NCBI GenBank assembly: GCA_951406725.2
Contig: OX597818.1
Location: forward strand, 32,364,001-32,428,000
Direction: 5' to 3'
DNA: 64,000 nucleotides
Origin: Octopus vulgaris
Lineage: Eukaryota
Shown here: positions 13,345 to 25,655 of the stretch, piece by piece
Layout of the letters: the number at the start of each line of letters is the position of its first letter
Numbering within the stretch: position 1 is the stretch's first letter
The notes under the pieces: model-generated
Databases searched by the model: none
Seen by the model: only the letters and a program-made list of their open reading frames with translations
What the model was told of the DNA's origin: nothing
Translations under genes and position numbers: made by a program

Positions 13345-14160
13345 AAGGCGATGAGCTGGCGGAATCATCAACACACGGCGGCGAGCTGGCAGAATCGTTA
13401 GCGCGCCAGGCGAAATGCTCAGCAGTATTTCGTCTGTCGCTACGTTCTGAGTTCAAATTCCGCCGAGGTCGACTTTGCCTTTCATCATTTCGGGGTCGAT
13501 TACATAAGTACCAGTTTCGCACTGAGGTCGATATATTCGACTTAATCCATTTGTCTGTCCTTGTTTGTCCCTTCTGTGTTTAGCCCCTTGTGGGTAGTAA
13601 AGAAATAGGTGTTCGTCTGCCGTTACGTTCTGAGTTTAAATTCCACCGAGGTCGACTTTGCCTTTCATCCTTTCGGGGTCGATAAATTAAGTACCAGTTT
13701 CGCACTGGGGTCGATATATTCGACTTAATCCATTTGTCTTTCCTTGTTTGTCCCTTCTGTGTTTAGCCCCTTGTGGGTAGTAAAGAAATAGGTATTTCGT
13801 CTGCCGTTACGTTCTGAGTTCAAATTCCGCCGAGGTCGACTTTGCCTTTCATCTTTTCGGGGTCGATGAATTAAGTACCAGTTACGCACTGGAGTCGATA
13901 TAATCGACTTAATCCGTTTGTCCGTCCTTATTTGTTCCCTCTATGTTTAGCCCCTTGTGGGTAGTAAAGAAATAGGAATCATCAACACACGGGACAAAAT
14001 TCTTAGTGGCATTTCTTCCGGCTCTTTACGTTTGGAGTTCAAACTCCGTTCACGTCGACTTTGCCTTTCAGTTTGTCTGGGTCGATGAATTAAGCACAAG
14101 TTGTAATCGACGTTTCTCCCACTCCAGCAACATATCAGGTTTTGTAGCTATTGTAGGAAT
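13345..14160 (+). mobile_element. Older SINE family B copy interrupted by a younger family B insertion
   Basis: Head aggcgatgagctggcggaatcatcaacacac resumes at 13975 (ggaatcatcaacacacgggacaaaattcttagtggcatttc). Confidence 0.8.
13377..13974 (+). mobile_element. SINE family B: one head plus three tandem ~183-bp bodies, 16-bp target-site duplication
   Basis: Units start near 13427, 13611 and 13793, each ending gggtagtaaagaaata. Flanked by ggaatcatcaacacac at 13361-13376 and 13975-13990. Confidence 0.92.
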
Positions 14161-14174
14161 GAAAATAATTATTT

Positions 14175-14625
14175 TCACTTCTGAGTTCAAATTCCGCCGA
14201 AGTTGACTTTGGCTTTCATCCTTTCGTAGTCCATGAAATATGTAATATTTACGCATTAGTGTCGATGTAATCGACTTGTCCCCACACCCCCCGAAAAAAA
14301 ATTTCAGACCTTGTGTTCATAGTAGAAAGAATTATTATTATTATTATCATTCTTGTTGTTGTTGTTGTTGAAAGCGGTGAGCTGGCAGAATCATTAGCAC
14401 GCTGGGCTAAATGCTAAGCGGCATTTCGTCCGTCTTTACGTTTTGCGTTCAAATTCCGCCGTGGTCGACTTTGCCTTTCATCCTTTCAGGGTCAATAAAA
14501 TAAGTACCAATTGAGCACCATGGTCAATAGCATCGTTAAAATAAAGTAACGTATAAAGCCGTTGGTCGACATAATTAACTAATCCTCTTACTCAGAGTTT
14601 TGCCTCGTGTCTATGTTAGAAACAA
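14175..14625 (+). mobile_element. Two further SINE family B copies with the alternative tail
   Basis: Body ttctgagttcaaattccgcc...tttcatcctttc, tail ccttgtgttcatagtagaaagaattattatt. A second head agcggtgagctggcagaatc starts at ~14372. Confidence 0.8.
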
Positions 14626-14807
14626 TTATAATTATTGCTGTTGTGATTCGTAACATCTCACAGAACACCGTTTAGGAGGTATTTTCTTCCGAGATTACTT
14701 GACGGAAAAAGGAATCGTATTGTTTCTGTACATCGATAAAGTGCTTAGAAGACGAGGGTTCTGCTCTACATTTCAGTTTCTTGCATCAATAATCTGCTCC
14801 TTTAATT

Positions 14808-15051
14808 CAGCGGTTCTCAATCATGCTCCATATGGCCCTTAGGGGTCCATATAAGATTTTGTCGTTAAAACATATCTGCAATAAATTGGTTATACTCCTA
14901 TAATGCACAAAATATTTCTACAACATTTTAAAATCCGAATAAGATTTAATTATAAAAATATAATAGGAATTTTTTAAACATCAAATGGCTAGTGGGGTAG
15001 AAGAAGAAAATAAAAAGGAGTCCATAGGTAAAAAGTGTTTTAGAAACACTG
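14808..15051. mobile_element. hAT-type MITE, 244 bp
   Basis: Ends cagcggttctcaa ... ttagaaacactg (imperfect TIR, CAG...CTG) with a perfect 8-bp TSD ctttaatt at 14800-14807 and 15052-15059. Confidence 0.85.
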
Positions 15052-15310
15052 CTTTAATTGAAGAAGACAACAATGAAATACAAGAAAAATTCCAGATCTG
15101 TCATCAACGTTTATTCCCCTTCAGAAATTTTGAGTTTACTTCCATTATGTACATTCCAGAACTTTAGTGATCCAAATGGATGAAGCCCTTGAATTTGGAA
15201 GAAAATTATGACGAGACATCCTAAAGCAGTTAATATAAACTTAAAACCTGAAATTTCCTGTATCTAAGTACCCTAGAATTAAATAAAAATCAATATGCCC
15301 GACTAGGATT

Positions 15311-15393
<83 letters not shown>

Positions 15394-15707
15394 AAGCAAA
15401 AAGTGAGACTGCATTGCTTTAATCTGTAGAATACTTAAATGCGTGTATGTATGTTTATGTGTATGTCTTATATGAATCTGTTAATCGCAGATAACATTCG
15501 ATTCCACACAACGTTATCTGAAGGATTTCGTACTTTTTGCAGGCCCCCCTCCGAATTTACAGGCAACAGTTTTATTACATATATCCATGACATATTACTA
15601 ATTAAGAGCTAACAATGATCGAAGGCAGTTGCCCCAACCATCACCACCACCCAGTACAACCAATTCTACTACTACTACTTCTACTGGTACTGCTGCTGGT
15701 GCTGCTG

Positions 15708-15742
<35 letters not shown>

Positions 15743-16434
15743 GTCGGAGCTGCAGTTGCTGTTACGTCTGTTGTTGCAGTTGCAGTAACATCGTGCATTG
15801 CATCGCTTTTCGGATTTAAGGAAAAAAACACCAGTTTCTTAGAAACATTCACTTTAAACAATACACGTGTGTGTGTGTGTATATATATGTGTGTATGTGT
15901 GCGTGCGTGTACAAACAGCCGCAGACTTATTTTGTTTTAGTATTTTAATACTTTAGAAGACGGAAGTTTGCACCCATGGGCCCATTGTATGGGATTCTGG
16001 AAGTGGAAGCAAAAACTTCTGCATGTGGATCCCTGGCTCGAATTTTTGCAACAGAATAGACACTCTGCTAAAAACACCAAAGGGCCAGCAGTGTTTAACC
16101 GAGCGAGGAATTAATTTAGCTACACAAGAACAGGAACCATGCAACCATGCCTGTGCTTATCGATGCAATAACCAGCATTATTATGATAATGTGAATGTTC
16201 AATTTCAAATCGGCAATTAATACCTGAGTAATTTTTTTAAAATCGACCATTCGTACACTTTCTTCAAAATTAATTGTTTTTCCAGTAACGTCACTGTCCC
16301 CGAATCATACATAGTTGTCTGTCATATATTTAATCTTCGCGGTTCTGGATAGCATTTTGGAAATTTTGGTAATTCCATATTCTTTTTGTGGCTTGTTGAT
16401 TTGAGAATCGTTAATATCTGTCTGTGCCCGTCTG

Positions 16435-16650
16435 TCTGTCTGTTATATATATCCTTTACTATCTTTTATCTCTTATGGTCACTGGATTGCTGTGGTACCG
16501 CCTTGAAGAGTTAGTGAAACAAATCGACCCTATCGCTTATTTTTTTGAAGCCTGGTACTTGTTCTATGGGATCGCTATATTTCGGGGACGCAAAGAAAAC
16601 GATAATGGCTGCCAAGTGATGGTGGGGATCAAACAACATGCAACACACAC
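16435..16650 (-). mobile_element. SINE family A, 3' half, diverged
   Basis: gtaccgccttgaag...aaatcgaccc...gcctggtactt...cggggacg is colinear with 56090-56300. Confidence 0.65.
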
Positions 16651-16807
16651 ACACACATGTCATAGTCAGCCTGTCTTTTTCAACACAAATCTTTCCACCC
16701 TTGTTGTATATCCTACCGGTATCACTGTCGTTTTGTCAACCTTAACTGGATGAACACTGTGTGGTGTTTATGACGACGACGACAACAACAACAACAATAA
16801 TGAAAAT

Positions 16808-17046
16808 AATCCTTTCTACTTTTGGCACAAGACCTGAAATTTTGGAGGAAGAGGAGGTGGAGGAGGAGTAAGAGGAGAGCCGATTAGATCGACCCCAGTG
16901 TTTGTTTCATTGGTACTTTCCCCATGGATTTGAAAACATGAAAAGCAAATTCGACCTCGGCAGAATTTGAACTCAGAACGTAAAGAAGAACAAGATGACG
17001 CTAAGCGTTTTGCCCGATGTGCTATTGATTTTGAAAGCTCACCGTT
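16808..17046 (-). mobile_element. SINE family B (alternative tail) within (AAC)/(AAT) repeats
   Basis: cgacctcggcagaatttgaactcagaacgtaaag and gatcgaccccagt. Flanked by aacaacaataat and aataataat. Confidence 0.8.
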
Positions 17047-17233
17047 TAATAATAATAATAATAATAGAACAACGCTATGTACAAAACCAAATATATGGCA
17101 CCCTAAGCATAACACCAACATGAACTTCCAACTTGTCTCTTGAGGTATATGGGTAAGACTTGGAGCCAACTTGTACAAATGTAAAGCAAAAGTTAAACAT
17201 AAAATAATAATAATGATAATAATAATAATAATG

Positions 17234-17662
17234 TAGTCTCAACAGAAGTTGCTGGAAAAATAGCTGATGAATGGAACCCCTAAAAAAGAGACCGAGAACA
17301 CTATACTAGCTGCGCAGGACTAAGCTTTGTCCAGGAACCTGAAGAATGATCACGTGTCTCCGCTGAGCTGCATCTGCAATAGAGTGGATGAAACCATTGC
17401 CCATATCACGAATGAATGCTCTAGACTTGCCCAAAACTACTACAAGTATTGGTGACACGACCAGGTAGCGAAAGTGCTACTTTGGAAACTGTGCGAAAAG
17501 GATGCGGGGGGGGGGCTAGAGAGAGAGGCAAGACGTGTTATGAGCACAAACCGCTGAGAGTGGCAGAGTCGGTGACTAACAAAATCCTCTGGGATTTCCC
17601 AATCCAAACAGACCAAGTGCAAGAGCGTAACAGACCGGACCTAGTGGTGGTGGAGAAGAGGT
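17234..17662 (+). mobile_element. Decayed fragment of an RLE-type non-LTR retrotransposon (R4/Dong-like)
   Basis: Translation across stops and frameshifts: C.ICNRVDETIAHITNECSRLAQNYYKYW*HDQVAKVLLWKLC...YEHKP...KILWDFPIQTD...NRPDLVVVEK, i.e. a CCHC knuckle plus the start of a PD-(D/E) endonuclease. Confidence 0.8.
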
Positions 17663-17760
17663 CGATAAAATAAGTACCAGTTGACTGGGGTCAATGTGAT
17701 CGACTTAACCTCTCTCCCCCGAAATTGCTGGCCTTGTGCCAAAATTTGAAACCAATATTG
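17660..17760 (+). mobile_element. SINE family B, 3' portion
   Basis: ggtcgataaaataagtaccagttgactggggtcaatgtgatcgac...ggccttgtgccaaaatttgaaacc. Confidence 0.8.
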
Positions 17761-17903
17761 TGTTTTATAATTTATATCTAGATATTTGAGAGTCTACGGT
17801 CTTTTTTAACTTGCGTTTTCCTCCACGTTTTTCTTTAAAAAATAAATCATGTCCACACTCGTATATATGTATGTGTGTGTGTATGTATGTATGTATGTTT
17901 GTT

Positions 17904-17964
<61 letters not shown>

Positions 17965-18320
17965 TTCTGAATGCCACTTCGGGTGACTTTAAGACCACTC
18001 ATGATTAGTTCTTATTTGAATTTTCATTTGTTCTGCATATTTCTATAAATTGAATGAATTCACTTTGTTAAACAGTGCAGATAGAAGAGACAATTTGACA
18101 AGTCGGTGACATGTAACCTTAAGCTACGTTTCGTATATTAGCCGATAATTGAAAGCCAGTTGGGTGTTTTCAAATCACTTCAAATCTATATTTGTTTCAG
18201 AGAAGTAGAACATCTCCAGGAAAAAAAAAAGTAAATTGTATTTTTGTTTTAGTTAATCGTTTTTTTTTTTAAGCAGAACTCACTAGATTTTAGAATTATG
18301 CATTCATCATCATTCCATTG

Positions 18321-18362
<42 letters not shown>

Positions 18363-18364
18363 TA

Positions 18365-18401
<37 letters not shown>

Positions 18402-18531
18402 AAACAACGACTGATACACGTAGACGTTCTCACAAATATACATGCGTAAATACGGAACAAAGCGCAGACCTTAATGCAATATTTGCACATTTGTTCGGAG
18501 TATTTGGAAATTTCATTTCGAATAATGATCA

Positions 18532-18602
<71 letters not shown>

Positions 18603-18784
18603 TTGTGCGCGTCTTGTATCGGATTAAGTGAACGCACGAAATAACTATATATTATAAAGGTTATTTATTCATATACTAGTTGTGAGCTTTAGATTCTTGT
18701 CTAGATCGACCTGAAAACTCTGCAGCATCGAAAGATTACCTCTTACTTTTATATCGCTCTCTACTATCGGAATTAAATTATTTG

Positions 18785-19200
18785 TTTCAAATTTTGGCTC
18801 AAGGCCAGAAATTTTGGGGTACGGATTAAATCGATTACAACGACTCCATAGTTCAACCGGTACTTATTTAATCCGAAAGGACGAAAGGCAAAGTCGACCT
18901 CGCTGGAATTTGAATCCAGAGCGTAAAAACGAACGAAATACCGCTAAGTGTTTTGACCAGTGTGCTACCAATTCTGCTAGATCAACGCTTTGCCAGTACT
19001 AAAATATTCTTTTCTACTCTAGGCACATGGCCCGAAATTTTGGGGAAGGGAACCAGTCGATTAGATCGACTCCAGTACGCAAATTTATCGACCCCGAAAC
19101 GATGATCGGCAGAATCTGAACTCAGAACGTAGCGGCAGACGAAATACCTATTTCTTTACTACCCACAAGAGGCTAAACACAGAGAGGACAAACAAATACC
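18785..19200 (-). mobile_element. Two adjacent SINE family B copies; the second carries the tail-to-body multimer junction
   Basis: aaggcaaagtcgacctc at ~18890. gcagacgaaatacctatttctttactacccacaag at 19135-19170 is the reverse complement of the junction at ~13775-13805. Confidence 0.82.
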
Positions 19201-19239
19201 GGAAATAGACCAGTTGTATAACAACAACCACAACAACAG

Positions 19240-19302
<63 letters not shown>

Positions 19303-19312
19303 CCTGAGAAGC

Positions 19313-19660
19313 GTGAAGGCGCATAGCTTAGTGGTTAGAGCGTCGGGCTCACAACCATAATGTAGTGAGTTTGATTCCCGGACCGGGCTGTGTATTGTGG
19401 TCTTGAACAAGACGCTTTAATTGACGTTGCTCCAGTTCACTCATCTGCAGAAATGAGTTGTGACATCACTGGCGCCAAGCTCTATCAGCCTTTGCCTTTC
19501 CCTTGGATATCATAGATGGCGTGTAGAGGGGAGGCTGGTATGCATGAGCGACTGCTGGTCTTTCATAAACAACCTTTCCCGGACTTGTACCTCGGAGGGG
19601 AGCCTTCTAGGTGCAATCCCATGGTCATTCATGATCGAACGGGTTTTTTTTTTACCATTT
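19313..19660 (+). mobile_element. SINE family C, full-length
   Basis: tRNA-like head (tagcttagtggttagagcg...gagtttgattccc). Colinear over ~340 bp with 50592-50932 (-). Confidence 0.9.
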
Positions 19661-20315
19661 TACTCTGGGAAGCAACATTTGGCCACTGGAGTAGAGATTG
19701 ACCAGCTGCAGCATATGTTGATCAACAGTAGCCTATCTGTTTCTGAGTTGAAGTCATCAATGGAGAACAGGACTATTGGAAAAACGTCTGTGCAGATCGA
19801 GGAAACTCGATCTAAGAAAATTAAATTTAATACAATTGAAATTTTACCGTTCTGACTAAAGTGATAATAAATATTTAATTTTTGCGTAGTATTCTAATTT
19901 TTAGAGACACGTCTGTATTTGTATACATTTATCGCATCAAACAAAAACACACAAAAAAAGGGAAAATGGCGGAAATAATGTCACATGTCATTTAAGCGTC
20001 ATAGACAATATTTAAAATGATTTACATTTCAAGTCGCTTATTTACAGATAATTCATGATGTGTGCACCAATGGCATCACAATTTAAATAATGGGTTTCAA
20101 GTATGTGTAAAAATAATCACATTTTAATCAATTTCTTAAATTAAACTGAGAAACAAAAAGAAATAAATTTGATTTATCGAAATTTTTCGTGAACTTTTAC
20201 TTGATGTTTTCCCTGTAATTGTTTTGTTTCTGTGACATTTTTTGCATAACATTTTGCCTTGTGACATTTTCCACTAAGATTCTGTGAAATAACCTAAATT
20301 ACAAAGTCCTTTATG

Positions 20316-20390
<75 letters not shown>

Positions 20391-21748
20391 ACACACACTC
20401 ACACGCACGCATGCACCCACACATCTTCTTATTCAGTTTGTTTTTGTCTTCATAGTAATTAATTCTTTAAAACACAAGGTGTGGTGGCCTAAATTTTTGA
20501 AATTAGTGGAACCATTTCATTTTAATTAGAATCGCAGACATGAAATCTCTAAACAGTTTGATGGAACCTTAATTTCTTTATTGCAGTACTTAGAGCCAAA
20601 TTTCTTTCTCTTTTTTCTTTATGGCCCGTGTAAAGCAAAAAGAAAACAAACAAGAAAATATGTAACTAAAGAACATTACCTCTTTTACCTCCCTCACATG
20701 TTTTTTAGCTGTAAAATAGAAGCTACGTAATTGTTTCACGTTACTTAGGGTTCATAACTTATGTCTTGTGACTGCTTTTATATTTTACAAAACATACATT
20801 AGGTTGAAAGTTGTATTTTATATGAGGCAGGGTAAATCTTCCTGATTAGAACCTCGTGTTTAGTTCTTAAAACAAAGAGACAGGGCTTCTGTTGTGAAAT
20901 AACCTAAGAAACATAATATATATTAGATGAATTATTCGGTACAAAGCTTTATCTATTTTTCTAAAGTGAGTTCCTTTTTCTTTTTTTTTTTTTTTTTTCA
21001 AAACTGTTTTTGTGACTCTCCTAATATTTACAGCCCTCTAACTATTCTTTGTTTTTTGTTAGAAACATCAACAAAAATAATTATATTGATATTAAGGGAA
21101 AAGAAAAAAATTGAAAACAATAATAGAGTAGCAAAGATGACGATGGCGATATAATGTCGACAATAACAGATGCTTCTTTACGGAGGACCTTGGTACTCAC
21201 ATACAGGCACACACAAACGCGCACATACGAAACAAACCTCACACGCATTCACGTATTTATTGCAAAACACCAAAACACACTATGGATCAAACGTTGAAGT
21301 ATGATGGAAAACGAAAAAAAAAAAAAAAAAACCCTCGAAGATAAAAATAAAATACAATAAAACTAAACCTGTCGAAGAATCTGGGATTCATACAAACTAG
21401 GCTTGAAAGTTTAAGGGAGTTTGTAGCAGATAGAGAAGGGTGGTGTGTTAGCAGCAAGGAGCAAAGGTTTCGGTGAATAGAATTAGTTGTATTAGCAACA
21501 GCTGTGACTGTTCTAGGCTTCAACAATAGCAACAGCAAGAAAGATATATAAAATAAGTAAATAAGTAAAACAGCATAAAATAAAATATATGTTCATGAGG
21601 AGAAGGTAGAGTATATATTTTTTTCACAGGATATGGATGTAAAACTGGCTGTCTTAAAATGATGGGAAACAGTTCTAAAGGTTAGAGGTTGTCACTTGAG
21701 GGAGGGCTACAATACGAAGAAGTGGCAGCGGTGAGAGAGAGAGGAGAA

Positions 21749-21790
<42 letters not shown>

Positions 21791-22530
21791 AAACAGAGAA
21801 AGAGAGGAGTATATGGGGTATTTGTTTTCCACTGCTAAAAAGCTTTTTCCTCAAGACAAACGAAAGAAATTTGTTGCTACAATAAATGAACAACTGCAAA
21901 GATGAAAGCTGGTAATATATTTTAGAAAAAATAATTGACACTTTAGGGTCTCGACTTCCCATGCGCATGTTTGTATGTGTGTGTGTGCACGCGTACATAA
22001 AAGTATAAGGAAGAAAAGCTAATTATTTACACTGTCTTTCTCATTGTGTATCTTTACTGACTGAAAGACACACACACACAATGTATTGTACATGCGCCTG
22101 CGTATGCATGTTCTGTATTTGCATATATAAGTATTTTTGCTACGGGCTCACTCATCACACATCATACACACACACATGACAGAGACAGACAGAGATGAGG
22201 AGAGCGTTGCGAATAAACAAGAACTTGATAAAAAATAAATCATAGCTGCTTGAAAGAGCATATTCGGAGCAGTCATTCGAACAAAATGTTGTCTTTTGAT
22301 TGATCTGGAGAGGTATATATCTGTAAATAATTCCAGTAATCATGATTCTGCTTCGGATCTAACTGCAAGCGGGGACACGCGCGCACACACACACACACAC
22401 TCACACTCACACATTCTTCAAATCAATCAAAAGACAATTCTGGTAGAAAACGCTTGTCCTGTGTATGTTTTTTGAAGTAACAATCTATTTATAGGTCTCT
22501 CTCTTTCTCTCCCTGTCTCTCTCCATCTGC

Positions 22531-22562
<32 letters not shown>

Positions 22563-22699
22563 CTATCTGTCTGTCTGTTTGTCTGTCTGTCTCTCCCCCT
22601 CTCCCTCTCTCCCTCAACGTGCCTCACAAATTTTCTTCCTTCATAGAACAAATGCTTTTTGTTCTTGTATCAATGTTGTACCAACTGACTCCTCATTTG

Positions 22700-23285
22700 T
22701 TCATAACTTTCCTCCACATTACAGCATCTGATACACCCATACCCTTACATACACATATTACCACCACATTCCTCTCACCTTACCTTTTTACCCTATACTC
22801 GCGCCCGCTCACACCTTACTTCCCCACTTTCCTCTAACACACTCCGCGATTACATACACACACAAAATAACACCGCATATTATCACTAACCCACGCTACT
22901 ATACTTCCGTACTTGTATTTATACATTGACACACACATTTACACACACACACAGAAAATCACTCAACCTGCACTCTCCCCTATACCTATTTCAAAACATG
23001 GACACATACTTAAATGTGCTCACACACTCGCCTTTTCCTTCTCTTCTTAACTCCGCCACCCATCGAAGTGTACTCCACCTAACTTTGCCGAGAGATTTTA
23101 TCTTATCAATCACTTTTCCCCTATCATAATTTTCCTTTCCATTTTTTCTATGCTTTCTATGAAGGATTAACCTCCGAAACGTTAAGACTTTCCATCCCTT
23201 AATAAACGTTAAACTAATATCTATTAAAAACCTGTCACTCCTTTGCTGTCATTTTCTTTTTTGTCATTGCACATTGCCTTCATAA
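22700..23285 (+). mobile_element. Old long copy of the hammerhead-bearing element
   Basis: gaaacgttaagactttcc...cgttaaactaata...cctgtc matches the reverse complement of 2400-2470. Decayed ribozyme cu-auga-a-GGA(uuaacc)UCC-GAAACGUU at 23152-23188. Followed by TG/TA arrays. Confidence 0.5.
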
Positions 23286-23342
23286 TGAGTATACATATAT
23301 GTGTGTGTGTAAGTATGTGCGCGTAAGTATATATGTGTATAC

Positions 23343-23421
<79 letters not shown>

Positions 23422-23425
23422 ATAT

Positions 23426-23456
<31 letters not shown>

Positions 23457-23472
23457 CATACACACATACATA

Positions 23473-23525
<53 letters not shown>

Positions 23526-24789
23526 CTTCTTACATTGCTAAGAAGATTTGGCAAAAAAGAAATGACAGAATTTAAATTAATGGAAACATGATTAGGGTTT
23601 GGTTTATACCGAAACGATAGATTGCAAAGTAACTAGTTACAAAGAACATAATTGAAGTAATTGTCGGAAGGAGATATAATTAAAATAATATTTAGATCAA
23701 ATTAACGGTAGTATTAAGGACAGCTAATAGAGTATATCGTGTGAGAGTTTTCATTTAATTATAAGTAAACATTCAGTAATGTGTATACCAGTATTCTTGT
23801 GTATATTGAATGTTATTTCGCTACTAACCTTTTGTGTTCCCCTAATTGGTTTTTCTTCATTTCGTAGAAATATAAGTAACGTCCCATCTCATTGGTAGAT
23901 GGAAAAACTGTGTAATCCTGCACAGCGGCAATCCATTGACTAAAAGTCAGTTAACGTTTGGAATAATATATAGATGTTGATTATTCTCGATAATTCTGTA
24001 ATTATATTTCTAAGCCAACAAAGTAGCCTCTATGCATCACTTCGACCCGCAAGGTTAGAAAAAAGAGAAAAAAACGATATATAAATCAGCTATATCTCCC
24101 TTAAATCATTTACTATCACCCTGGAAAGACAGTAAACACACTATAATGTAATCCTGAAGCAGTAAGTTTTTAAAAAGACGTGGTTTCTCTTGGCTTGAAC
24201 ACTTTCGGTTAATAGGTTTCTCGATAAGGAATGACAATCTGAATCAGCTTGAAATGTTTAAAGTATATGGAACTTCAATGAGAAAATTGAACACCCGTAA
24301 GAGCATTCTGCCTGAAGATAGTCGCAGGAAACAAAAACCTAAACTTATCCTATTTGATATCATGTTCCTCATCATAGAGTTACATGATTTTAACATGATA
24401 GTTATTTTTGCATATACTGGATTACACTGACTTATACGTTATACAATTGCATATACTGGCTTACACGTTAGTGGGCTTTTTTCTTCTTTTTTTGGTTGTT
24501 GAAGATGTAAACTTTTTCAGAGATTGAATCATAGAAATTCGTGTATTAGTGGTTTCAAGAAACAGAAAGAAACTTACGACTGAATACATTTCTCTAAGTA
24601 GACACTGTTAACAGAATATTTTAATCTTTTTAAATACTAAGTTAAAGTTTAAGATTTATCACTTGAAAATTTGCTGACAGAATGTAGTCATATAATTTTA
24701 ATCAAACATTGTTTACAGAAGAGTGGTTCTTAGATGCACAATAACTTTTACATATTCATATACTTACATACTAAATAGACTCACATTGA

Positions 24790-24930
24790 AAGGCGTAGGG
24801 TTAAGAACTTCGCTACGTAACCACGAGGTTGTGGATACCATACTACCGAATAGCATTGTTGGCAAGTGTCTTCTTGGGTTAACCAATGTCTTGTGTGTGG
24901 AATTTGTATTTGGGTGACGGAAAATGCACT
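24790..24930 (+). mobile_element. SINE family A, 5' half, strongly diverged
   Basis: aaccacgaggttgtgg...ttggcaagtgtcttct...gacggaaa followed by (CA)n. Confidence 0.6.
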
Positions 24931-24945
24931 TCCTCTCCCGAGTGT

Positions 24946-24988
<43 letters not shown>

Positions 24989-24998
24989 CATACATATA

Positions 24999-25150
24999 TC
25001 TTTCCTTTTTCTATGTTTCTGACGAAGAGCTCCGCTCGAAACGTTAAATCCTCCTTCTTTCTTTCCTTTCCCGAGCGTCCAATAACACTATACTTGTTCC
25101 ACGTCCTCACGTTGTGTTTTCTCCTTGTGTTTTCATGTTTGATTAACTTT
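24999..25150 (+). mobile_element. Hammerhead-bearing element, subfamily 2
   Basis: Near-identical to 6001-6126 and embedded between TA/CA microsatellites. Confidence 0.75.
25014..25049 (+). ncRNA. Minimal hammerhead ribozyme-like motif with canonical CUGACGA core
   Basis: uguuu-CUGACGA-a-GAGC(ucc)GCUC-GAAACGUU-aaau. Predicted cleavage after GUU (25045). Stem I is 4 bp including one G-U pair. Confidence 0.65.
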
Positions 25151-25165
25151 ATACACATATACATG

Positions 25166-25212
<47 letters not shown>

Positions 25213-25655
25213 ATACACACACACACGCAAAAATACTTCTCTTCGCCGCAGAACTATTTGGTTACTCATTGCCTCTCTACTCACTTCTGCCCATCACTTA
25301 TGGCATATTGTGTGACTTTCACACGAAAACCTTAATATCTTGTATTTCGTCGGTTATTGTGCAGAAAACGCTAACTGCTGTTATGTCTTTTGTTAACTCA
25401 CTATGAAATATATCGCAGAGAGCCGATGGTTGGGTACAATTTCTATTTTCATATAGATTTTGCTATCAAATAATACACGAGAAATGTTTAGATATAGCAC
25501 ATTCCGAAAGAGTTGTTCGATAACCTTAATTTGTATGTCTAATTGAAATGTCAAGAGTATTCAAGAATAATTGTTGCTTCTGATTTTAAGATAATTTCTT
25601 TGTATAAAGTTTGTTCATCTATCTATTAATAATTTCACTTTTCTTCTCGTTTTAG

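Noticed and set aside
13427-13974. Regularly spaced repeats suggestive of a CRISPR array
   Set aside because: Whole ~183-bp units repeat with no unique spacers, the context is eukaryotic and there are no cas genes.
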